Shown: piece after piece, positions 38,938-52,043 of the stretch
How positions within the stretch are numbered: position 1 is the stretch's first letter
Layout of the letters: the number at the start of each line of letters is the position of its first letter
Origin: Puccinia triticina
Taxonomy: Eukaryota
Reading direction: 5' to 3'
Assembly (NCBI GenBank): GCA_026914245.1
Contig: CP110440.1
Span: 4,340,001 to 4,404,000, forward strand
Length of the DNA: 64,000 bases
Notes under the pieces: model-generated
Told to the model about the DNA's origin: nothing
Database searches by the model: none
What the model saw: only the letters and a program-made list of their open reading frames with translations
Made by a program: the position numbers and the translations under genes

Positions 38938-40283
38938 CTTCTCTAGTCCACAACGAGGGTTCCTGGGATATACAACACATATTTATTTGCATTTGCAGTT
39001 GATGCTGTTGGATTTATAGCAAAATCTCTCCCACGGGCGTCCCCGGGGGGTGCAATATCCCTTGGGGAGAACAAGTCGATGGGCTGGCTGAGGCTGGCTG
39101 GGACAGAAAGGATTTTCAAGCCTAAAAAACAAGAAAGAACATATAAAGGGCCTGTACCATAGGGCATGGAAATTGAAATTTTCCAAATTTATTTGCCTCA
39201 AAATTTCTTGGGACAAAAACTGAGCCTGGCCAAAATGTAGGCTTGAGCCCAAATGTGAAGAATTTCAACATTTGAACCCTCTGCTAGTTTTCAATTTTTG
39301 TGTACAGGGCAAAAAAAGTTGAAATTTTTCAAAATTGAGGCCCATGGTACAGGCCCAAAGAAAATGAATCTCAATTCTCAAATACTGAATAGACAAAACT
39401 GTGGGCAGGAGGTTCCTCAAGGATCTGGTCACTTCATTTCATTTTTATGGTCTGATTCCAACAGGACTTTGGGCCCAAAATCATGGAAACTGAGTGAGAA
39501 ATTTACACTGTGCCAAAAGATACTTATTCTCTTTCAATTCAGGGCTGGATTTTCAAAATCACAAATATCCCTTGAAGGGTGATGGCCACATATCATAAAT
39601 TGGCTCAAGAGTATGAGCAGGAGTGTACATAAGCCCTGTGATCCAGGATCCAACACGGGGGAAGAGGCAAGCTATGTATTGGATCTGAACAGATTAGCTA
39701 AAGGTCCCAGACAAGCTAAATGTGGGAGAGTTTTTGGACGCCGGAATTTGATTGAAGGTGTTGTGCGTGTGATGTGGATTTTTGGTTTTGAAAAAAATGC
39801 TGGATTTCTTAAAGGTGAGATGAAGCCCAAATATCTTGCCTGGGAAAGGAAAGTTATGGAGGCTATGACAGAGTGTTTCCATTACAATTTCTCCATTGTC
39901 GCACAAGATAGTTGACGCGCAATGAGCACTTGGCTAGAATTTGTTAAAATCTTGTTATTAGATTGGCGTTAGCACACATTGTCCATGATGCTATTGTTAT
40001 GGCAGGTCTCTTTACATATTACATAACTGCCATGGTTTTATACAGTTTTAGCTCACCAACACAATTACATAATCATCTTTTGTATATATATTCTACATTC
40101 TTAGCAATCTTATTTTTCCCTTGGGGGAGTTCTACATCTCATTCTCGCATTATCCTGATATCTAAGCTCTTCAGGTTATGAGCCCGCGCTGTCACCAGCG
40201 GGTATCCAGTGAACTATACTCCTCATAATCCACTTACTTGCTTTGCGTCTTTGCCTGCAAAGCTTGATATATTCATCTTTTTT

Positions 40284-43200
40284 ATGGTTCATACTTGTTC
40301 TTGGAATCCTGAAGTTATCATCCCCAACTTCTCCGCACAAGTTACCCCTCCGAGATCTCCTGCATCTTCAAACTCTGTTTCTTCTTTCCACTCTATGTCC
40401 GACAACGGTGATATTTCCCATTCCGTCGTACCCGGTTCCTTTCCCTTAGATCCCGTTGTCACCCCGTCTGTCCGTTTTTCCCATCCCGGTACTCCAACCC
40501 CTTCGATTCCTGCGGCAATGCGTCCCAATTTCCGTCTCTCTGCCCCTCCGGTCAAGTCACCCTCCCCGATGCCGCCAATCCCTGTCGATGAACGTCGGTC
40601 CCCTCAACCTGGCCCGTCCAACAAAGGAAAAGCTCGTGATTTCCCGGATCCTCCTTCACCCCAGCTTTCTCCTCGTCTTCCTCAACCATCTCCTTCTTCA
40701 ACTTCCGTCGACGACATCCTCTGAAAGGCTATTGGTCCGGGAGGCTTTGACAATTTAAATGAGGATGTCTTGAAGATTCTTTTGGTCCGGGCTCTTACCA
40801 ACAACTCCTCTCCAGGGTCCTCGGCGTCCAGTCAACTCAAGTGGCAACAACTAGGGAAGGAAATCCAACCTTCCCTGTCCATCGACGGGTCAAATTTCCC
40901 GGCTTGGTCTGCGGCTTTAAGGGAGTTGGTCGCCACCGTTACTTGTCGGGAAGATTACTTCAACCAGTGCCTGTTCGAGGATGATGCTTCGACAGCGCTT
41001 GGCGTATTGACGGTCATCAAGGCTTCCATTGATCCGGCTCTGCGACCATCTCTTCACGGCATGACTGCTTACGGCGCCTGGACCTCCCTTCAAGATTGGT
41101 TTGCGGGGTCCTCCTGGTCAATGCTCCTTGCACAATGGATTGGACTGGCCAGGACCACAGACGATGCTTCGGACTCCGTCGCGGCAAGCTATGAGGCCTT
41201 TAAACGGGGTTTGCTGGACATTGAGGAGCGCATTGGAGGCTGGACGACAGATAAGATTCTATGTTTTGTGTTTCATGCGGCTCTCATCTGTTACGGGAGC
41301 GAAGTGGCCAACGCAATGGATTCTCGATTCACCATTTCTCCCAATGTTAATGTTTCTGGGTCTGATTTGTTGAACGTTGCTACTTGGGTAGATCAATCCT
41401 TGAAAGCTTCTGGATCTCGCCCGGCGATGATGGCAATGTCGGCTCAACAAGGACGAGGAGGAAGGCAACGCGGAGGTCGTTCTGGAAGAGGGTCTGCACC
41501 ACGTGGGCAACTTCAGACAACTGGCTCCCATGGTTCTCTTCCGGCTGACAGCTGGGGTTCTCAGTGGATCACCCCGGATAATCCATGCAGCTCTTGTTGG
41601 GATTGGGGGCACTGGGCTCCTGACTGTCCTCGCTCTAAGGCAGGGCTTCCACCTCTGGATGACCCCCGCTTGAAGACTCCAGGGTGGAGGCCCAAGAAGT
41701 CTGCAGTCCTCTCCAATTGGCTCCAAATGGCGGACAAATCCTTGGCGTCCATCTCGGCAGCTCCAGACAAATCTGACGACGTCCTGGTCGACACTGGCGC
41801 TACCAATCATGTAACGTCACGTCGTGATCTGTTTGTCACCTTTCGGCCTACTAATATACGTCTCCGCGTGGCTTCCGAAGAATCCCTTTCCGTAGGCGGA
41901 GTTGGCGACATTGTTGTCAAGACGGCTCAAGGCAATCTTTGCCTAAGTCAAGTTTTATTCTGCTTGGGTCTTCGCGGCACGGTTCTCTCCGTTGGTTTCT
42001 TCAATCATTGGGACGGTAGTGTTTCATTCAACGACGGCCGTTTCATTTTTCGCCAATCAGACTCTGTTTTTCCTTTGTATATTGACAACTATAGATGGTT
42101 TATCTCTTCCCGCGTTTTCCCTTCTGTTCCCACTCCTTCCTCTTCTCCGGTTCCCTCTCTCGCCAGTGTTTCTTCCAGAGTTTGGCACCTCCGATTGGGT
42201 CATTTGGCAGTTCAAACGATCAATCGCACCATTGTCCATGATTCTGTGTATGGGCTTCCTGAGAAGCGTTTCAATTCTACTTCAAAGAAATGCACTTTGT
42301 GTTCCCTTTCAAAAAGTCACCATGTCCCTGTTCATTCCCCCAGTCGGGGTATTGCGGACAAACCTGGGGCCATTGTGGCTGTTGACCTGGTTGGACCTTT
42401 TCCTCAGGCTGTTGACGGTAGCGTCTACGGCTTGGTAATTCACGACGTTTTTTCTTGGATGACGTCCACCTTTGGCCTTAAACGCAAAGCAGATGCGGCT
42501 TCGTCGGTTATTGAATGGGCTCTTAACTTCTGGAAACACACAGGCCACAAACTTCTGTGCATCCGCTACGACAACGGTGGCGAGTTTATCTCTAATAAGT
42601 TCAATACATTCCTTAAGGACAACCAGATCCGTCATGAGATGTCCATTCCCTACGAACATCATCAAAATGGAAGTGTGGAGCGCACCAACCAAAGTCTCCT
42701 CGACATGGCTCGAACTCTCTTGGTTCATGCACGACTTCCAGAAAGTCTTTGGTTTCAGGCGCTCAAACACGCGACGTTTGTATTCAACCGCGTTGTACAC
42801 AACGGTTCTTCGAAGACCCCGTATGAGCTTTGTATCAAATCCAAACCTTCTCTCGACATGATCCGTGTGTTTGGTTGTAAAGCTTACCTACACGACCTCA
42901 ATTATCCCAAACAGTTTGTCCCTAGGGCTCGAGAACTGATTCACGTTGGTATATCGGAAGTCTCTCATGGCTGGGTCTTATGGGATCCAGTAAAAAATTG
43001 CCTGGAGCGCGGGGCGTCTGTGGCTTTTTATGAAGATGAATTGCCCTATACAGTTTCCAATCCTACGGCCATCACTGCGGTTCTCAGTTCTATTCAAGTT
43101 TGTCGTCTGGGTGATTTTTCATTGATGCGGGAGTTTGACATTCAGGACACATGCCTGGAGTCCGCTGTCTCGGTTGCACCCTTCATTTCTGATGCGCCGG

Positions 43201-44705
43201 AGACGTACAATCAAGCGGTTCAATCTGATTCTGGCGTTCAATGGTTGAAAGCTTGCAACAACGAAGTTGGGATGATGGTTTCCCTTCATGTTTGGGACGA
43301 GGTTCCAATCTCGTCTCGTCTGGAAATCCTGAATTGCCGCTGGGTTTTTGCTGTTAAGCGGAATCAAGAAGGCGTTGTTATTTGTTTCAAGGCACACATT
43401 GTCGCTCAGGGGTTCCGTCAAATTCACGGGGTCAATGTTGGGGAAACTTTCACCCCGACTCCTACTTTTACCTCCTTGCGTGTACTTCTTGCAATCACGT
43501 TGCATTTCTCCTGGCCAGTGGCGTCTTTCGACGTCAAGTCGGCTTTCCTCCACAGCGATATCAACTACGATGTTTATATTCGTCCCCCTCCTGGCGTCAA
43601 GGTGTCACCGAACTGTGTTCTGAAACTCCGCAAGGCGTTGTACGGGACGCGTCAGGCTAGTCATTGTTGGTGGATGCATCTAAAAAACCGGCTTGCAACG
43701 ATTGGTTTCCTTTCTAATCTCAAGGACCAGTCCACCTATGTATACCGCAATGGTACCAACATGGCCTTCTTGTGGGTTCACGTCGACGACGGTATTTTTA
43801 CTGCAAGTTCGAGACTGTCGTTGGATCGACTCAAGGCTAGACTGGATGCTGTTCTTGATCTCAAGTGGGACCAGCAACTCTCCAGCATTGTCGGGTTGCA
43901 AGTGCGTGAAGTCCCTGGTGGTTTTTGTCACAATCAGCCTCTGCTTGTTGAGAAAATTACTTCTCTCATGTCATCGAACATCAAGACCAGGACTCCCATT
44001 TCTTCTTCTGACTTGCAGTCCAACCCGTCCACTGAGATGAGCAAGCCATATCTTTCTGTCATCGGTTGCTTGCTCTACTTGTCTCAAGGCTCTTGTCCCG
44101 ACATCACATTTGCGGTAAACTTTCTTGCATGTTTTTCAATGGCTCCGGATGACTCTCATTGGACGGCCCTCGATCATCTAGTCTGCTACGTCAGGTTTAC
44201 GGCTGCTTCTTCCCTTCCAACCATTGTGACTGGCGCGGTCTCTGACTGTGTCACCACCTTTGTTGACGCCAACTGGGGCGGGGAAGGTTCTAGATCAGTT
44301 CATGGCTTCATTTCAATGGCGTGGGGAGCACCTGTTTCCTGGGCATCCAAACGGCAGACATGCCAGGCTGAATGCATGGCTCTGTCTTTTGCGTCTAAGG
44401 ATGCTTGCTATGTGTCTTCTCTCCTCTCAAAATTTTTCTCGGTCGCGTCCCCTCTTCTGCTTTCCGACAAGAAGGCGGCGGTGTACATCAGCAAGGATTG
44501 CGGGACTCGTAAGGAACATCGGCACATCGACCGTGAATTTCACACTATCAATGAACTTCTGTACCACGAAAAAGTCCGCCTTGATTGGATTTCAACCGAC
44601 CTTCAACTTTCCAACATTTTCACCAAGGCCCTTGGATGGAGGAAAATTGCTGAGTTTGCCACTCAGATGGGTTTGAGAAACCCATCACAAGCTATGGCAA
44701 GTACA
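40284..44705 (+). pseudogene. copia gag-pol, stop-disrupted and hypermutated
   Basis: CCHC knuckle, protease VDTGAT, WHLRLGH/CxxC, integrase VDLVGP..DNGGEF..NGSVER, RT DVKSAFL/HVDD, RNase H FVDANW; TGA at 40722; last ~29 codons resume after 51463. Confidence 0.93.
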
Positions 44706-45379
44706 CACTACCAAGATGGATGAATTTGCGATGTCGTATATTGATCAATATAGCGTATATTGATCAATTTATATTGATCACTTTTTTTTTTTTTTATTAT
44801 TCCTCTTGATACCTTTGTCTGTTTTCCATGTCTCCTTGATACTATTCTATAATCTCTCTCCTTCTGCCTGTGTTAGCTTCAAGCCACAGGAATTTTTTTT
44901 TTCTTTTGCCTGATAACATTCATAAATTTCTACATACACCACTCAATTCTTCCTGAAAAAAAGATGTTGCAAGTTTTAGGATTAATCCAGGGTAGCTGAG
45001 GGGTCTCAATTTTTTTTTTACTTCAACAATTGATGTTATCAGAAGTCTCCAAATCGACTTTTTTTCAAAAGAGGAAAAACATTGACCCCTGACCTCTCTC
45101 ATGATACCATCCTGCACACATTTTTAATTTGGTTGGTTGAACTTGCTCAAGATATTGCATATCATACTTGAAGTGCTACATGCATAGAAGGCCTTTTTGA
45201 AATTAGTTTACCATCGTTTAGCATATTTTTGTCAGGTTCTTTTTTTTATCTACTTTTGTTATCAACCACAGATTAATGAGGAATATTTCCACGTAAAATT
45301 TGATCGGAAAATTTTTCTACATATGAAACCCAGAAATATTTTAAAATATAATTTATTTGGGGTCACATCCATTATGCAG

Positions 45380-48300
45380 CAGCAACAATGTGATCAGTTC
45401 CCAAATATCACTAATTTGGTAGTTTCTGGCCCTTTCTGCCATTATATCTCAACAAAGCGTGGGAGTTCTTCCATGATATTGGTATCAAAATGATCAATAG
45501 CCCCCAAGGATTCATTTTGTACCTTAAATTACCACATAACCCAAATGTAGCAGCTACAATCTGATCAGTTGCCAAATGTCACTAATTTGGTAGTTTCTTG
45601 GTGTTGCTGCCACTATATCTCAACACAGCCTGGGAGTTCTTCCATGATATTGGTATCATAATGATCAATAGCCAGCAAGAATTCATTGTGTACCTTAAAT
45701 GACCAAAAAACCTCCAAATGTAGCAGCTACAATCTGACCAGTTGCCAAATCTCACTAATTTGGTAGTTTCTTGGTGTTTCTGCCACTATATCTCAGCGCA
45801 GCATGGGAGTTCTTCCATGATATTGGTACCAAGATGATCAAATGCCCTCAAAGATTGATTGAGTACCTCCAATGAGCACAAAACCCCCAATTGTAGCAGG
45901 CACAATGTGATCAGTTGCCAAATATCACTAATTTGGTAGTTTCTCGGTGTTTCTGCCACTATATCTCAGCGCAGCATGGGAGTTATTCCATTATATTGGT
46001 ACCAAAGTGATCAAACACCCTCAAACATTCATTTTGTACCTTGGATGACCACAAAACCCCCCAATGTAGCAGCCACAATGTGATCAGTTGCAAAATATCA
46101 CTAATTTGGTAGTTTCTTGGTGTTTCTGCCACTATATCTCAGCGCAGCATGGGAGTTCTTCCAATATATTGGTACCATAATGATCATATGCCCTCAAAGA
46201 TTCATTGTGTACCTTCAATGACCACAAAAACCTGAAATGTAGCAGCTACAATGTGATCAGTTGCCAAATATCACTAATTTGGTAGTTTCTTGGTGTTTCT
46301 GCCACTATATCTCAGCGCAGCATGGGAGTTACTCCAAGATATTGGTACCAAGATGATCAAATGCCCTCAAAGACTGATTGAGTACCTTGAATGACCACAA
46401 AACCCTCAAGTGTAGCAGCCAAGATGTGGTCAGTTGCCAAATATCACTAATTTGGTAGTTTCTTGGTGTTTCTGCCACTATATCTCAGCGCAGCATGGGA
46501 GTTAATCCAAGATATTGGTACCAAGATGATCAAATGCCCCTGAAGATTCATTTTGTACCTAGAATGACCACACAACCCCCACATGTAGCAGCCACAAGGC
46601 GATCAGTTGCCAAATATCACTAATTTGGTAGTTCTTTGGTGTTTCTGCCACTATATCTCAGCGGAGCATGGGAGTTCTTCCATGATATTGGTACCAAAAT
46701 AATCACATGCCCTCAAACATTCATTGAGTACCTTGGATGACCACAAAACCCCCAAATGTAGCAGCCACAATGTGATAAGTTGACGAATATCACTAATTTG
46801 GTAGTTTCTTGATGTTTCTGCCACTATATCTCAGCACAGTGTGGGAGTTCTTCCATGATATTTGAGCCAAAAGTATCGCATGCCCTCAAAGATTCATGGA
46901 GTACCTTGGATGACCACAAAACCCCCAAATGTAGCAGCCACAATGTGATCAGTTGACAAATATCACTAATTTGGTAGTTTCTTGGTGTTTCCGCCACTAT
47001 ATCTCAGCACAGCGTGGGAGGTCTTCCATGATATTGGTACCAAAATGATTAATCACCGCTGAAGATTCATTGTGTACCTTGAATGACCACAAAACCCCCA
47101 AATGTAGCAGCCACCATGTGATCAGTTGCCAAATATCACTAATTGGGTAGTTTCTTGGTGTTTCTGCCAGTATATCAGCCCCGCGTGGGAGTTCTTCCAT
47201 GATATGGGAACCAAATTTATCACATGCCCCTGAAGATTCATTGTTTACCCTGAATGACCACAAAACCCCCAAATGTAGCAGCCACAATGTGATCAGTTGC
47301 CAAATATCACTAATTTGGTAGTTTCTTGATGTTTCTGCCACTATATCTCAGCGCAGCATAGGAGTTCTTCCATGATATTGGTACCAAAATGATCACATGC
47401 CCTCAAACATTCATTGAGTACCTTAGAAGACCACAAAACCCTCAAATGTAGCAGCCACAATGTGATCAGTTGATGAATATCACTAATTTGGTAGTTTCAT
47501 GATGTTTCTGCCACTATATCTCAGCACAGTGTGGGAGTTATTCCATGATATTTGTACCAATAAACACCCATGCCCTCAAGCATTCATTGGGTACCTTGGG
47601 TGACCACAAAACCCCCAAATGTAGCAGCCACAATCTGATCAGTTGACGAATATCACTAATTTGGTAGTTTCTTGATGTTTCTGCCACTATATCTCAGCAC
47701 AGTGTGGGAGTTCTTCCATGATATTTGTACCAAAATAATCACATGCCCTCAAAAATTCATTGGGTACCTTGGATGACCACAAAACCCCCAAATGTAGCAG
47801 CCACAATGTGACCAGTTGCCAAATATCACTAATTTGGTAGTTTCTTGGTGTTTCTGCCACTATATCTCAGGCCAGCATGGGAGTTCTTCCATGATATTTG
47901 TACCAAAATGATTGCATGCCCTCAAAGATACGTTTGGTACCTTGGATGACCACAAAACCCCCAAATGTAGCAGCGACACTGTGATCAGTTGCCAAATATC
48001 ACTAATTTGGTAGTTTCTTGGTGTTTTGGCCACTATATCTCAGTGCAGCATGGGAGTTCTTCCGTGATATTGGTACCAAAATGATCACATGCCCCTGAAG
48101 ATTCATTGTCTACCTTGAATTACCACAAAACCCCCAAATGTAGCAGCCACAATGTGATCAGTTGCCAAATATCACTAATTTGGTAGTTTCTTGGGGTTTT
48201 GGCCACTATATCTCAGTGCAGCATGGGGGTTCTTCCGTGATATTGGTACCAAAATGATCACATTCCCCTGAAGATTCATTGTCTACCTTGAATTACCACA

Positions 48301-49545
48301 AAACCCCCAAATGTAGCAGCCACAATGTCATCAGTTGCCAAATATCACTAATTTGGTAGTTTCTTGGTGTTTCTGCCACTATATCTCAGGCCAGCATGGG
48401 AGTTCTTCCATGATGTTGGTACCAAAATGATCAAATGGCCCTGACGATTCATTGTGTACCTCGGATGACCACAAAACCCCCAAATGTAGCAGCCACAATG
48501 TGATCAGTTGGCAAATGTTCTAATTTGGTAGTTTCTTGGTGTTTCCGCCACTATATCTCAGGCCAGCATGGGAGTTCTCCCATGATATTGGTATCAAAAT
48601 GATCAAATGGCCCTGAAGATTCATTGTGTACCTTGGATGACCACAAAACCCCCAAATGTAGCAGCCACAATGTGATCAGTTGGCAAATGTTCTACTTTGG
48701 TAGTTTCTTGGTGTTTCTGCCACTATATCTCAGCGCAGCATAGGAGTTCTTCCATGATATTGGTACCAAAATGATCACATGCCCTCAAAGATTCATGGAT
48801 TCCTTGGATGACCACAAAACCCCCAAATGTAGCAGCCACAATGTGATCAGTTGGCAAATGTTCTAATTTGGTAGTTTCTTGGTGTTTCTGCCACTATATC
48901 TCAGCGCAGCATAGGATTTCTTCCATGATATTGGTACCAAAATGATCACATGCCCTCAAACATTCATTGAGTACCTTGGATGACCACAAAACCCCCAAAT
49001 GTAGCAGCCACAATGTGATCAGTTGACAAATATCACTAATTTGGTTGTTTCTTGATGTTTCTGCCACTATATCTCAGCACAGCGTGGGAGTTCTTCCATG
49101 ATATTTGTACCAAAATGATTACATGCCCTCAAAGATTCATGGATTCCTTGGATGACCACAAAACCCTCAAATGTAGCAGCCACAATGTGATCAGTTGCCA
49201 AATATCACTAATTTGGTAGTTTCTTGGTGTTTCTGCCACTATATCTCAGGCCAGCATGGGAGTTCTTCCATGATATTGGTACCAAAATTATCAAATGGCC
49301 CTGAAGATTCATTGTGTACCTTGGATGACCACAAAACCCCCAAATGTAGCAGCCACAATGTGATCAGGTGGCAAATGTTCTAATTTGGTAGTTTCTTGGT
49401 GTTTCTGCCACTATATCTCAGCTCAGCGTGGGAGTTCTTCCATGATGTTGGTACCAAAATGATCAAATTCCCCTGAAGATTCATTGGGTACCTTGAATGA
49501 CCACAATACCCCCAAATGTAGCAGCCACACTGTGATCAGTTGCCA
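45380..49545 (+). repeat. 173-bp satellite array, ~24 units, forward
   Basis: TCACTAATTTGGTAGTTTC recurs at 46271, 46444, 46617 and so on (period 173). Confidence 0.96.
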
Positions 49546-50795
49546 AATTAGTGATATTTGGCAACCATTCACATTGTAGCTGCTACATTTGGGGGTTTTG
49601 TGTTCATTCAAGGTACACAATTCATCTTTGAGGGCATTTAATCATTTTGGTACCAATATCATTGAAGAATTCCCACGCTGCGCTGAGATATAGTGGCAGA
49701 AACACCAAGAAACTACCAAATTGGTGATATTTGGCAACTGATCACATTGTGGCTGCTACATATGGGGGTTTTGTGGTCATTCCAGGTACTCAATGAATCT
49801 TTGAGGGAATTTTATCATTTTGATACCAATATTATGGAAGAAATCCCACGCTGCGCTGAGATATAGTGGCAGCAACACCAGAAACTACCAAATTAGTGAT
49901 ATTTTGCAACTGATCACATCCTAGCTGCTACATTTGGGGGTATTGTGGTCATTCAAGGTACACAATTAATCGACAGGGGAATTTGATCATTTTGGTACCA
50001 ATATCATGGAAGAACTCCCACGCTGTGCTGAGATATAGTGGCAGAAACACCAAGAAACTACCAAATTAGTGATATTTGGCAACTGATCACATTGTGGCTG
50101 CTACATTTGGGGGTTTTGTGTTCATTCAAGGTACAAAATGAATCTTTAGGAGCATGTGAACATTTTGGTACCAATATCATGGAAGAACTCCCACGCTGCA
50201 CTGAGATATAGTGGCAGAAACACCAAGAAACTACCAAATTAGTGATATTTGGTAACTGATCACATTGTGGCTGCTACATTTGGGGGTTTTGTGGTCATCA
50301 AAGGTACTCAATGAATTTTTGAGGGCATGTGATTATTTTGGTACCAATATCATGGAAGAACTCCCAGGCTGCTTTGAGATATAGTGGCAGAAACACCAAG
50401 AAACTACCAAATTAGTGATATTTGGCAACTGATCAGGTCGTAGGGCTACATTAGGGAGTTTCATGGTAATTTAAGCTACACAATGAATCCTTGGGGACTA
50501 TTGATCATTTTGAAACCAATATAATGGAAGAACTCCCAAGTTGTGTTGAGATATAGTGGCAGAAACACCAAGAACCTACCAAATTAGTGAGATTTGGCAA
50601 CTGATGAGATTGTAGCTGCCACATTTGGGGGTTTTGTGGTCATTTGAGGTACACAATGGATCCTTGGGGGCCACTGAACATTTTGATACCAATATCATGG
50701 AAGAACCCCCAGCCTGTGTTGAGATATAGTGGCAGAACCACCAAGAAACTACCAAATTAGTGATATCTGGCAACTGATCAGATTGCAGCTGCTGC
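49546..50795 (-). repeat. 173-bp satellite array, ~7 units, inverted
   Basis: Reverse complement GAAACTACCAAATTAGTGA at the same period; orientation flips near 49545. Confidence 0.95.
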
Positions 50796-52043
50796 ATAAT
50801 GGATGTGACCCCAAAAACATTATTTCTGGGTTTTATATTCAGAAAAATTGTCCAACAAAATTTTATGTGGAAATATTCCTCATTAATCTGTGGTTGATCA
50901 CAAAAGTAGATAAAAAAAAGAACCTGACAAAAATATGCTAACCCATGGTAAACTAATTTCAAAAAGGCCTCCTATGCATGTAGCACTTCAAGTATGATAT
51001 GCAATATCTTGAGCAAGTTCAACCAACCAAATTAAAAATGTGTGCAGGATGGTATCATGAGAGAGGTCAGGGGTCAATGTTTTTCCTTTTTTGAAAAAAC
51101 AGTCAATTTGCAGACTTCTGATAACAGATCAATTGTTGAAGTAAAAAAAAAAAAGAAAAAAAAAATTGAGACCCCTCAGCCACCCTGGATTAATCCTAAA
51201 ACTGGCAATGTCTTTTTTTCAGGAAGAATTGAATGGTGTATGTAGAAATTTATGAATGTTATCAGGCAAAAAAAAAGATTCCTGTGGCTTGAAGCTTATA
51301 ACACAAGGGGAAGGAGAGAGATTATAGAATGGTATTAAGGAGACATGGAAAACAGACAAAGGTATCAAGAAGAATAATAAAAAAAAATTGATCAATATAA
51401 ATTGATCAATATACGCTATATTGATCAATATACGACATCGCAAATTCATCCATCTTGGTAGTGACGGGGGGGTCAGTATGCGCTAGCGGCGACAAACATA
51501 CGCCCCCCGCATCTGTCCGTCTCCTTCCAGGCCGTCAACATCATTCCGTAGATAATTCTGCAGGATGTTAACCATTGTTGCTTTATATTTTTTGGCCGTT
51601 TGATGACTCAGGTTCTTTTGGCTTGGCTTGTTCTTCTGGATTCCCCTTTTATTTTTTCCTCTTTCTTCTTTGTACTCTTCTATATACTTCACCTTCTTCT
51701 CCTTGGCTACTCTTCACTTTGCTCTTCTTTTCCTCTGTTTTGCCTTGTTCTTTGTTGTTTTGTTTTGTTTTTCTCTCTGGTGTTGTCGAGGGTGGGAGTG
51801 TTATGGCAGGTCTCTTTACATATTACATAACTGCCATGGTTTTATACAGTTTTAGCTCACCAACACAATTACATAATCATCTTTTGTATATATATTCTAC
51901 ATTCTTAGCAATCTTATTTTTCCCTTGGGGGAGTTCTACATCTCATTCTCGCATTATCCTGAAATCTAAGCTCTTCAGCTATGACCGGGTTGAATAATAA
52001 TGACAGCAATAAACAACGAATAATATACAGATGTGAAGGAAAC

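Larger units (their letters stand above)
44706..51463. mobile_element. non-autonomous CACTA (EnSpm)-ended foldback element
   Basis: Termini CACTACCAAGATGGATG / CATCCATCTTGGTAGTG; flanks ACA/ACG (3-bp TSD with one change); ~670-bp unique inverted arms followed by inverted satellite arrays; no coding region. Confidence 0.92.
39995..51977 (+). mobile_element. full-length Ty1/copia LTR retrotransposon containing a CACTA-ended insertion
   Basis: 179-bp LTRs 39995-40173 and 51799-51977 (one mismatch), perfect 5-bp TSD GCTAT, PBS GGTTATGAGCCC at 40174, PPT GAGGGTGGGAG. Confidence 0.96.

Noticed and set aside
45380..50795. CRISPR-like regular array
   Set aside because: Whole 173-bp units are homologous, with no unique spacers and no cas genes; eukaryotic satellite
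45197..51449. Short ORFs inside the foldback element
   Set aside because: Chance frames in repeated non-coding units
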